A stretch of 64,000 nt of DNA. Source: Candidatus Nomurabacteria bacterium. GTDB lineage: Bacteria > Patescibacteriota > Minisyncoccia > Phycocordibacterales > UBA918. Of the stretch, positions 28,012-37,136 are shown piece by piece. The translations under genes were made by a program, and so were the position numbers. The DNA is taken from positions 97,753 to 161,752 of the forward strand of contig JACKGJ010000001.1 of NCBI GenBank assembly GCA_020631995.1, in the 5' to 3' direction. Each line of letters starts with the position of its first letter. Positions within the stretch are counted from its first letter, which is position 1. The notes beneath the pieces were generated by a model, which saw only the letters and a program-made list of their open reading frames with translations, was not told the DNA's origin and ran no database searches.

Positions 28012-28608
28012 TCACACCTTTTTACTTATAGTATGGGCAAGTATTATACCAATAATTGCCCCACCAAAGTTAAAAATCAAGTCTAACATAGCGTTTTCGT
28101 AGCCACCAACGCCATGGTGTTCTAAATTCATAGCTATCAAAAACTCCATTATTTCATTCATTGCCGAGACTCCCATTGAGGCCATTACTGCTAAGAGTAT
28201 AAGTATCCAAGCAGGACCAGTGGACCTAAGAGTGTTTTTGAGAATATGCAGAAAAACCACAGCCATAACACCATAGAGGTACGCGTGCACTACTTGGTCA
28301 TATTTTAGAATATAAAAATCACCACCCAAATCAAGAAAAGGATAGATGCGGTATGCAAACAGAGCCCCGTCTACTGTTTGTACCGAACCACCTAAGATAT
28401 GCATCAGTCCCCAGATACTTATTAACCACAATATATATGATGGAAACTTGGTTATGTGAAGCGTACCAAAAAGTAGCGCAAAGGCAGCAATAATGACACC
28501 GACATAAATCATAAATTCCAAATTGGAATCTTGGAGAAAATACACACCACCAAGCAACAAGTACAAGGCAATGAAACCTAGAACAAAACGATGCTCTGAA
28601 AGTTGCAT
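28012..28608 (-). CDS. hypothetical polytopic membrane protein
   Basis: 198 aa, about 6 TM helices. Confidence 0.6.
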   Translation of the reverse strand: MQLSEHRFVLGFIALYLLLGGVYFLQDSNLEFMIYVGVIIAAFALLFGTLHITKFPSYILWLISIWGLMHILGGSVQTVDGALFAYRIYPFLDLGGDFYILKYDQVVHAYLYGVMAVVFLHILKNTLRSTGPAWILILLAVMASMGVSAMNEIMEFLIAMNLEHHGVGGYENAMLDLIFNFGGAIIGIILAHTISKKV

Positions 28609-28830
28609 ACGTACTAAGAAATTATACTAACCACTTCACGTGCAAAGGTGAGAACGAGATTGAGTCCAGTAATCATAAAATCCACAAACAATTCCAATAG
28701 CTTGAGTAAGAAGTTGAGAAAAGTTTTGATGATAGCAATAAGGCTGTCCATAGGTAGATTTTATCATATGTTTATTGAAAGAAGGGACTTGGTCATGAAA
28801 ATTTTACTGCGTAAAATTTCTCGACCCGTG

Positions 28831-29076
28831 AAAAGCAAAACTGTTTGCTTTTCACCGCTTGGCTACGGCATCGCTCCGGTCTTCAAGTCCCTATACCAGC
28901 AAAGCAGTTGTTTGTGAGGGGACTTGAAACTTACAGTTTCAGTACACCTTTTCGATATTCCCCTTCACAAGTTCTGGGAATATCTGAAAAGGTCTTCAAG
29001 TCCCACAAGACAGTTCCCCGAACTGTCTTTTTCGCTCACACAAAATAAAAGCCCCCATTAGGGGGCTTTTATTTTG
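28831..29076 (+). repeat. tRNA-Asp-linked composite element (family 1 core plus copies of the tRNA-Asp T-arm/acceptor 3' half)
   Basis: GAAACT-TAC-AGTTTC hairpin, GTACACC, long hairpin ACCTTTTCGATATTCCCC/GGGAATATCTGAAAAGGT. Then TTCAAGTCCC, a 26-nt hairpin and TTCGCTCACACAAAATA, which together are the reverse complement of tRNA-Asp nt ~29071-29096. Extra GGGACTTGAA/TTCAAGTCCC copies at 28882-28926. Confidence 0.7.
29044..29076. terminator. bidirectional terminator next to the tRNA-Asp 3' end
   Basis: AAATAAAAGCCCCCATTAGGGGGCTTTTATTTTG. Confidence 0.75.
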
Positions 29077-29150
29077 CGCGAGCGAAGGGACTTGAACCCT
29101 CAACCTCTGCCGTGACAGGGCAGCGCTCTAACCAGTTGAGCTACGCCCGC
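29077..29150 (-). tRNA. tRNA-Asp (anticodon GTC)
   Basis: Acceptor GCGGGCG/CGCTCGC (G4:U69), anticodon stem CTGCC/GGCAG with loop CTGTCAC, T arm GAGGG-TTCAAGT-CCCTT, discriminator G. Confidence 0.9.
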
Positions 29151-29221
29151 AAAACGCTATATAAGCGGGCAAAGTATAGCCTGTTCAGACCGCTTTTTCA
29201 ATAGCCACGTAATATCGGTCA

Positions 29222-29384
29222 AATTTGTGTCGACGGGAGGGATGAAGCTTACAGCTTCCGTACACCTTTTCGATATTTCCTTTCATTACTTCAGGAAATA
29301 TCTGAAAAGGTCATCATTCTCTCCCGCGCACAAAATCACTCTTGCGCAAAGCTCCATGCATTCGCTTTACGCTCGGTGTTTTTG
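29222..29384 (+). repeat. tRNA-Met-linked composite element (family 1 core plus direct and inverted copies of the tRNA 3' half)
   Basis: 19-nt exact direct repeat TTTGTGTCGACGGGAGGGA at 29224-29242 and 29381-29399 (the latter inside the tRNA). GAAGCT-TAC-AGCTTC hairpin, GTACACC, 17-bp hairpin, then inverted copy TCATCATTCTCTCCCGCGCACAAAAT at 29311-29336. Confidence 0.7.
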
Positions 29385-29458
29385 TGTCGACGGGAGGGAA
29401 TGATCCTCCGACCTCGGCTTTATGAGTGCCGCGCTCTAACCAACTGAGCTACGTCGAC
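29385..29458 (-). tRNA. tRNA-Met or tRNA-Ile2 (anticodon CAT), elongator type
   Basis: Acceptor GTCGACG/CGTCGAC, D stem GCTC/GAGC (Y11:R24), anticodon loop CTCATAA, T arm GGAGG-ATCATTC-CCTCC (unusual A54/T58). Confidence 0.8.
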
Positions 29459-29500
29459 GTGTCAAGAGAATAGCATTAGACCACCCCTTGTTCAACCCAT

Positions 29501-29532
29501 AAACCAAAAAGCTACGCACAGCGTAGCTTTTT
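29501..29532 (-). terminator. terminator after the intron-containing tRNA
   Basis: AAAAAGCTACGC-TGT-GCGTAGCTTTTTGG on the minus strand. Confidence 0.75.
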
Positions 29533-29540
29533 GTTTCTTG

Positions 29541-29872
29541 TTGCGGGGCCTGGAATTGAACCAGGGTCTGGAGGTTCTGTTATTCGCTCACTTTCATGAG
29601 TGCATGGACTATCCCATATTCCTGGATTAAAATATCCTTAGGAACTCTCCATTATAGTCTCTGAACCTTCCGTCTGCTTTCGCAGAGGGCTTGGCTGCCG
29701 ATTGCCGAATCTTTACTTTTTTAAAGCATTCACACTCACCCTCTCAGGTCATGTTGTAGCAAGCAAAGCTCTAACGGTATTCCAGCAATTTAGAAGATTT
29801 TTCCATACCGCATTACTGCGATAGGTCACAGTTTCCTATGAGCCTCCCGAGGTACCACTCCTCTACCCCGCT
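29541..29872 (-). tRNA. tRNA(CAT) with initiator-like features, interrupted by a group I intron (exons 29872-29838 and 29576-29541)
   Basis: Spliced sequence gives AGCGGGG-TA-GAGG-AGTGGTA-CCTC-G-GGAGG-CTCATAA-CCTCC-AGAC-CCTGG-TTCAATT-CCAGG-CCCCGCA-A. Features: 1:72 mismatch (A:A) and A11:T24. Confidence 0.8.
29577..29837 (-). ncRNA. group I self-splicing intron (261 nt, no ORF) in the anticodon loop after CAU
   Basis: 5' exon ends in U and the intron ends in G. P1 UCAU/GUGA; P2 hairpin AUCGCA-GUAA-UGCGGU. Classical P/Q/R/S elements: AAAUUGCUGGAAU, AAUCGGCAGCC, GGUUCAGAGACUAUAAUGG, GGGAUAGUCC. Confidence 0.8.
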
Positions 29873-29974
29873 GTGTGCTGAAAGATTGTACCACTTACTA
29901 CCTAAAAGTCCAGCATTATCTCTTTGTGTAAGAAGCCTAAAATTTAGACGATTTCGAGGCACGCGAGGAAAATG

Positions 29975-30115
29975 GCACGAGCCGTATATGGACATACGGT
30001 GTGAGAAAGTCTAGGAGACTTTTGCAAGAGGTTGGCAGCTATTCTGACGCAAGGAAGAATAGCGACAACCTAAACAGCTTCTGTAAGAAGTGACATTTTG
30101 TCGAAGCGTAACAAA
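29975..30115 (-). repeat. hybrid repeat: CGTATATGGACATACG hairpin (family 2) plus a divergent family 1 core
   Basis: GTGTGAGAAAGTCTAGGAGACTTTTGCAAGAGG parallels 16129-16160. Hairpin GGTTGGCAGCTATTC/GAATAGCGACAACC replaces P3. CTTC-TGTAA-GAAG replaces P2. Confidence 0.45.
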
Positions 30116-30142
30116 GAAAGCGACAAATTTTAGACTTCTTGG

Positions 30143-30787
30143 CTAGATGAAGTTGAATTCGTCGAACACCATCTTATACTCCGCTACAGTCTGTCTCGCC
30201 TCCTTTTGACTTAAATTGAAATCCGCCCCCTCGTGCGCAATTTTATTTCGCACATTATGGGCACGCCAAGCTTGATTAATAGTTGTGAAAGAAGTCGGAG
30301 AGGCGCTTTTCAATTTTTCGCCAATGGTAGTACCGGCGTACCCTAGAGTATTTAAAAGTTCGTCCAAAATTATATCTGCTTCGATAATAGCGAGTTTCCA
30401 ATCATTTGGTCTTTCACTGTCGCTATGCACAAGCACATCCTGCCAGCGCAAGTTTTTCACATCCTTTTTGTGTATCTTTGCAAAGGCCTCTTCCTGTCTT
30501 TTTAAGATTTCAGCAAATACTTCACCAAGCTGATTGTGTTTTATATATGCATAAATGATGCCAAAGATAAGCAAGAATGAGGCAAACCAAGACAATACAA
30601 CAAAAACATTCCACGCATCAGAAAGCCAAGCGAACACCGCGCCTGGTGACCAATTCGAAACCACTCCTCCACCTGCACCACCGTCGCCTGCTCCTCCCCC
30701 GCCAAACAAGAAAGCAAAGACGTAGTCTATGAACGCAAAAAAATCCAGTGAATACTCGTTAAATAAGATGTCGTTATTATCAGGCAC
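30143..30787 (-). CDS. hypothetical membrane protein with C-terminal HEPN-like (Rx4H) helical domain
   Basis: 214 aa; Gly-rich segment, one or two TM helices, C-terminal AWRAHNVRNKIAHEGADFNLSQKEARQTVAEYK. Confidence 0.6.
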   Translation of the reverse strand: MPDNNDILFNEYSLDFFAFIDYVFAFLFGGGGAGDGGAGGGVVSNWSPGAVFAWLSDAWNVFVVLSWFASFLLIFGIIYAYIKHNQLGEVFAEILKRQEEAFAKIHKKDVKNLRWQDVLVHSDSERPNDWKLAIIEADIILDELLNTLGYAGTTIGEKLKSASPTSFTTINQAWRAHNVRNKIAHEGADFNLSQKEARQTVAEYKMVFDEFNFI

Positions 30788-30823
30788 AGATTTATTTTAT
30801 CACAAACCAAACTCTAGATAATA

Positions 30824-32242
30824 TCAAGCCTGCCTATCATCAAAGACCTTTTTTCCAATATCAAATAGCCTCGCTTCACCGTTATGTGGCGCAATGTACT
30901 GCACTCCGACCGGTAGCATCTTACCCTCTCTCTCTACTTCCTCCATTGGTAGACTCATAGCTGGTACACCAGTGAGGTTCACTGGTACGGTAAAGATATC
31001 TTGTCGATACATCGATAGAGGATCTTCCTTTTCTCCAAGCTTAAAGGCTGGGGTTGGTGCAGTTGGAGTAATAACTAAATCAACATTTGAGAAGACTTGG
31101 GAGAGTTCTTCACGCATCAAGGTACGCACTGCTTCTGCTTTACCATAATAGGCATCATAGTAACCAGAAGAAAGCACATAGGTACCAAGTAGTATGCGAC
31201 GCTTGGCCTCAGGACCAAAGCCTTGGGCACGTGACTCGAGATAGGTATCCAGAAGGTCTTCCCCTTCTTTCCGCACCCCATAACGGATACCGTCGTAGCG
31301 AGCAAGGTTAGATGACACTTCAGCCGGCATAACGATGTAGTAAGCGGCAAGTCCAGCTTCGAAGAGTGGTAATTCAATATCGACAATCTTGTGTCCGTCC
31401 TTTTTTAAAGATTCAAGATGAGCTTCGAAACGCTCCATCACGTCACGGTCAATACCATCTTTCAAAAAAGACCTTGGTACACCAATGGTGTAAGTTTCCT
31501 TTACAGGTACCTCTGGATAGGTGTCTGACGAAACAGTAGTCATATCACTCTCGTCTTGCCCTTTCATAACATTAAGAACCACCTCTGCATCAGCCACGGA
31601 GTTTGCCAGTACGCCCGCCTGATCAAGAGAAGAACCCATAGCCATTAGGCCAAAACGAGACACCGCACCATATGTTGGTTTTATACCCACGAGCCCACAA
31701 TAACTAGCAGGCTGGCGGATAGAGCCTCCTGTGTCTGTACCAATAGCAATCGGTACCGCTCCCATCGCTACAGCCGCCGCTGAACCTCCACTGGAGCCCC
31801 CTGGTACTCGGCTAGTGTCGTGTGGATTCTTAGTTGGACCGAAGGCAGAAGTTTCAGTTGAGCCACCCATTGCAAACTCATCTAGATTAGTACTACCGAC
31901 AATAACCGCGCCTGCGGCTTTTAGCTTTTCAATAATGGTAGCGTCATAGGAAGCAATGTAATTTTCTAAAATCCGTGAAGCACCAGTCGCCCGCTTTCCC
32001 TTTACTAAAATATTATTCTTAACCGCAATTGGCACACCAAGCAACGGCTTTGACTCGTAGTCCTTTTTACCAAAGGCTTCTGTGGCACTTTCGGCCACCT
32101 CCTTAGCATCGTCATATACATCTAAAAAAGCGTGGATTTCTGTATCTTTTTCATTTATTACCTTCATTGTGTCAGCCAAGGCTCCTACCGGAGTCTCGTC
32201 ACCTTCAATGAATTGTTGTCTTAGCTGTGTAATAGTCTTCAT
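30824..32242 (-). CDS. gatA: Asp/Glu-tRNA(Asn/Gln) amidotransferase subunit A
   Basis: 472 aa; amidase signature GGSSGGSAAAVA; follows gatC. Confidence 0.95.
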   Translation of the reverse strand: MKTITQLRQQFIEGDETPVGALADTMKVINEKDTEIHAFLDVYDDAKEVAESATEAFGKKDYESKPLLGVPIAVKNNILVKGKRATGASRILENYIASYDATIIEKLKAAGAVIVGSTNLDEFAMGGSTETSAFGPTKNPHDTSRVPGGSSGGSAAAVAMGAVPIAIGTDTGGSIRQPASYCGLVGIKPTYGAVSRFGLMAMGSSLDQAGVLANSVADAEVVLNVMKGQDESDMTTVSSDTYPEVPVKETYTIGVPRSFLKDGIDRDVMERFEAHLESLKKDGHKIVDIELPLFEAGLAAYYIVMPAEVSSNLARYDGIRYGVRKEGEDLLDTYLESRAQGFGPEAKRRILLGTYVLSSGYYDAYYGKAEAVRTLMREELSQVFSNVDLVITPTAPTPAFKLGEKEDPLSMYRQDIFTVPVNLTGVPAMSLPMEEVEREGKMLPVGVQYIAPHNGEARLFDIGKKVFDDRQA

Positions 32243-32244
32243 AA

Positions 32245-32538
32245 TTATGAGTCGGGATTAAGAATCTTTTTGACTTTGAGATAATCACCGATTTTTTCAG
32301 GAAATGCTGATACTAAAGCATCTGTGTCCTCTTTTGATTTCTCCACCACCACATCCTCACGCATCACATTCTTAACAACACCAGGAGTCTTTTTTAATTC
32401 CAAGTCAGAAACAATCCGGTTAACCGCACCAACATAATCCAAAATAGATTCTATTTCGGTCTGAAATTTAGTTACCTCCTCATCGCTCATCTTTACTCGA
32501 GAGAGGTTGCCAAGTTGTAGTATCTCTTCCTTAGTCAT
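32245..32538 (-). CDS. gatC: Asp/Glu-tRNA(Asn/Gln) amidotransferase subunit C
   Basis: 97 aa; typical GatC size and position (LSRVKMSDEEVTKFQTEIESILDYV). Confidence 0.85.
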   Translation of the reverse strand: MTKEEILQLGNLSRVKMSDEEVTKFQTEIESILDYVGAVNRIVSDLELKKTPGVVKNVMREDVVVEKSKEDTDALVSAFPEKIGDYLKVKKILNPDS

Positions 32539-32750
32539 CTGTTAGAAATTATTGCTTACTTATATGAGCCCGCTCCAGCGAGAAAGATATACCATTTCCA
32601 GTTAACGCTCCTACATTAAAACCTTTCATAATTTCGAGCGAAAGACGAGCTGGAGTCCGAGCTTTATCTAAATAAGGCGAGGACGAAGCGAAGTTTTGTA
32701 GCCGAAATTCTGCAAGGTTTATGGGGTGTTTAACTGAGGATGGTATAGGT
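32539..32750 (-). ncRNA. hairpin-rich leader/sRNA element, copy 2 (paralog of 8441-8608)
   Basis: Conserved blocks ATACCATC, GAATTTCGGCTnCAAAACTTCGCTTC, CCTTATnTAGATAAAG, TCCAGCT, CGCTCGAAATT, AGCGTTAACTG, ATGGTA shared with copy 1. Outer stems ATACCAT/ATGGTAT and CAGTTAA/TTAACTG. Confidence 0.4.
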
Positions 32751-32754
32751 GGCA

Positions 32755-32760
32755 TCATAG
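32755..32760 (-). promoter_or_regulatory. extended -10 box (TGcTATGAT) for leader element copy 2 and gatCA
   Basis: Minus-strand read GCGCTGATGCTATGATGCCACCTATACCAT; lies at the 3' end of ligA. Confidence 0.4.
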
Positions 32761-32762
32761 CA

Positions 32763-34778
<2,016 letters not shown>

Positions 34779-34861
34779 TTAACCTTGATTCTACCCTTAT
34801 TTTATAAGGAAAAAAAGCTCTGTTTCTCAGACAATTAGTTGAAACCTGCCCATTAGCTAAA

Positions 34862-35093
34862 CATCTAAAATTGGAGGCAGTTGTGCACCACAAGAGTACT
34901 TCCATTTTTATACTCCTTCCAGTCGTTAAAAATTTGGTCGTCGGTTGGAGGGATTTTTACGAGAGAGACGTATATAGATATACGGTGACTAAGACAACTT
35001 TCTGAAGCAAACGCATCACGGGCATTTCGTTTTTATAGTCGCACTGCGGCGCTCCTTAAAAACTAGTCACAATTCGCCCATTTGGGGGATTTA
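34862..35093 (+). repeat. family 2 rod-like element with extra module (shares a 46-nt identical block with 46914-46959)
   Basis: 34886-34931 is identical to 46914-46959 (CACCACAAGAGTACTTCCATTTTTATACTCCTTCCAGTCGTTAAAA). Contains CGTATATAGATATACG hairpin, CTGAAGC motif and CAATTCG end. Confidence 0.6.
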
Positions 35094-35096
35094 GTC

Positions 35097-35213
35097 TAAA
35101 CCTTAAAACTGGATGAGTGGCGAGGAGTTTAGGCGAACGAGTTGCGAGTGGGACATATTGTCCAACGAGCAACACGTTAGCCGTGACGACAAAGCCAGTC
35201 GCCAGTTTTAAGG
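35097..35213 (+). repeat. palindrome-ended element related to family 2
   Basis: 16-nt arms TAAACCTTAAAACTGG / CCAGTTTTAAGGTTTA enclose ATGAGTGGCGAGGAG...GGGACATATTGTCC...GACGACAAAG; abuts the stop of the last pilin-like gene. Confidence 0.5.
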
Positions 35214-35214
35214 T

Positions 35215-35871
35215 TTAGTACTCAATGGTGATTTCGCGTTGGATAGTGAAGATTGAATCCAACTGATCACAAGGTCGATTATAACCACGTGCAAAAATCA
35301 CTGTACAAATAGTTCCAGCGGTACATTCAATTGTTCCTAGCCCTTCATCAGTCAAATTATAAGAAAGGTCACTGTCAGCATCACGTAAGTCAGCAACATA
35401 AAGACTTGGTTCTGCACACTGGGTACTGTTTATAGTGTACTGATACTGATAGTTATATAAAAGACGGTCACTATTGTTAAACAGAGTAGTGGCTTGTACG
35501 CCAGGGGGGATATTCGGATTCATACCAGCACAAGCAACCGAAGGTGGCCAAGCGCCACTTTCTCTTAAAAATTGTTGCTTGGTTGTTGGTTGAGCTCTAT
35601 GATAACGCATACACTCGAGTCCGATCTGTGCTGACTGAAACGCTTTTTCTGATTCAATAGCAGTTACAGCCAAGAGATATTGTTTGGTTGTAACAAAGAG
35701 CAGTGATAGACCAATGGCCAGAACCACACTTACGACCACTAGAGTAATAAGTAGTGCAAAACCTCTGTTAGATTCTAGTTTTGTAGAAAGCCTGTTAGAG
35801 GAAAATAGCTTTGCATTTTTTTGCAAATGGGCAACTAAAAACTTTAAGTTAAAAACTGATTTAAGGTTCAT
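35215..35871 (-). CDS. PilX-like minor pilin / pilus-associated protein
   Basis: 218 aa; N-terminal NRGFALLITLVVVSVVLAIGLSLLF prepilin-like hydrophobic segment (no Glu5); last gene of the minor pilin set. Confidence 0.55.
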   Translation of the reverse strand: MNLKSVFNLKFLVAHLQKNAKLFSSNRLSTKLESNRGFALLITLVVVSVVLAIGLSLLFVTTKQYLLAVTAIESEKAFQSAQIGLECMRYHRAQPTTKQQFLRESGAWPPSVACAGMNPNIPPGVQATTLFNNSDRLLYNYQYQYTINSTQCAEPSLYVADLRDADSDLSYNLTDEGLGTIECTAGTICTVIFARGYNRPCDQLDSIFTIQREITIEY

Positions 35872-36508
35872 AATAAATATTATAAATATAACTTTCGAGA
35901 GTCACACTGTCAGAAGGATCATCGCCCCAAGAAACTTCTGATCGTACTCTAGCCAATGAATCGCTTACAGTGATTGAGAGTTCACGAGTATAGATTGTAG
36001 GTGTCCCTCCTGATGCCCGTTGTTTCAGTGGTACTCGAGCGCCTTCGTATTTATTAATTGCACAGTTACTACCACTACAGCGATAAAAACTACTGGTAGT
36101 AATAGATCCATCGTCACCGATTTGTACCCCGCACCTATCATCACCCCCTACAGGACACAAAGAAGCTATTGTGGTCATATTACCCCAAACATCTCCTAAG
36201 TCATTATATCCACTTGCATCCAACGCATCATCCTCGCGCAATTTAACTAGAGCCTCAATACCCTCTTGTGCCAAAAATACCGCCAACGTATTATCTTTTG
36301 ATTCAATCGCTCGCTTGAGTCCAGAATGAGCAATGGTAAGGGGACCCACTAATGCAATTAAGAGAACAGTAATTGCCACCAAGACTTCAACTAGTGAATA
36401 ACCCATCTGTTTAGTTGACAGTGACTCTGTGTGTTTAGAAGCAAAAAAACGCAAAACGATTTTTCGCGTATTGAGAACTAGAGACTTTATACTAAAACCT
36501 GTTTTCAT
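35861..36508 (-). CDS. prepilin-type minor pilin (PilV-like)
   Basis: QMG/YSLVEVLVAITVLLIAL class III signal peptide with Glu5. Confidence 0.65.
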   Translation of the reverse strand: MKTGFSIKSLVLNTRKIVLRFFASKHTESLSTKQMGYSLVEVLVAITVLLIALVGPLTIAHSGLKRAIESKDNTLAVFLAQEGIEALVKLREDDALDASGYNDLGDVWGNMTTIASLCPVGGDDRCGVQIGDDGSITTSSFYRCSGSNCAINKYEGARVPLKQRASGGTPTIYTRELSITVSDSLARVRSEVSWGDDPSDSVTLESYIYNIYYEP

Positions 36509-37134
36509 AAATCAAGCACTCGCTTAGTGATAGTAGTTTGGAGCATAAATCCTGATCCAGTCTGTCCAATACCAGCCACCTCTCCCTCTATAAAGATAGT
36601 AACATTTGGTTGAAGTAAGTTACCATCATCTTCCTTACGAGCGGTATTGGATACATTGAAGTGCATATTGGTTATATCAACTGTCGGATTAGTTAGCCTT
36701 ACCCACGAACCAGTACCAATTTTTCGTTCGATAGCTCCGCTAGATGAATTAAAACGATACGCAATACGTCTATTATTATCCCCGTCGGTCAGACTCTTGC
36801 CTCCCTCGATTATTGATAAATAAGTCCCTTTATTGCAACCTTGATGAGTATCAGCATCACCAGTGGTTTCTGTCCCGCTTGAACAATAGAATGCAAAACC
36901 AGTCCTGAGTTCACGTGCCATACTGTCTAGAGCAAACTGGATGTTACTAACTGATTCTTGGGTATTTTGAGCCTTAGCATTAGCGTTGATCAAAACCAGC
37001 AAGGCACCGATACCCATAGTGAGAACAACAGTAAAGAGGGCCATAGAAACCAGGAGTTCTATTAGGGAGAAACCTTTCTGAGAGACAGATTTCTGAACCA
37101 TTGTGACATCTAGTGAAAACTTGAAACCTAACAT
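36505..37134 (-). CDS. prepilin-type minor pilin (PilW-like)
   Basis: QKG/FSLIELLVSMALFTVVL class III signal peptide. Confidence 0.65.
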   Translation of the reverse strand: MLGFKFSLDVTMVQKSVSQKGFSLIELLVSMALFTVVLTMGIGALLVLINANAKAQNTQESVSNIQFALDSMARELRTGFAFYCSSGTETTGDADTHQGCNKGTYLSIIEGGKSLTDGDNNRRIAYRFNSSSGAIERKIGTGSWVRLTNPTVDITNMHFNVSNTARKEDDGNLLQPNVTIFIEGEVAGIGQTGSGFMLQTTITKRVLDL

Positions 37135-37136
37135 AA

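Noticed and set aside
28648-29048. 89-aa and 67-aa plus-strand ORFs next to tRNA-Asp
   Set aside because: They run through the repeat/hairpin elements (copies of tRNA T-arm sequence). No SD is present and the sequence is repetitive.
29222-29399. Direct repeats of tRNA 3' ends interpreted as attL/attR of an integrated mobile element (also at 51150-51364)
   Set aside because: As a simple prophage or island explanation it fails. The repeats enclose only ~150-200 nt, no integrase or cargo is present, and each locus also carries an inverted copy. A degenerate integration scar is kept as one hypothesis in the findings.
29813-29995. 60-aa minus-strand ORF, considered as a possible intron-encoded or homing-endonuclease gene
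   Set aside because: It spans the tRNA 5' exon and only the first ~25 nt of the intron. It has no LAGLIDADG, GIY-YIG or HNH motifs, and the 261-nt intron is too short to encode a protein.
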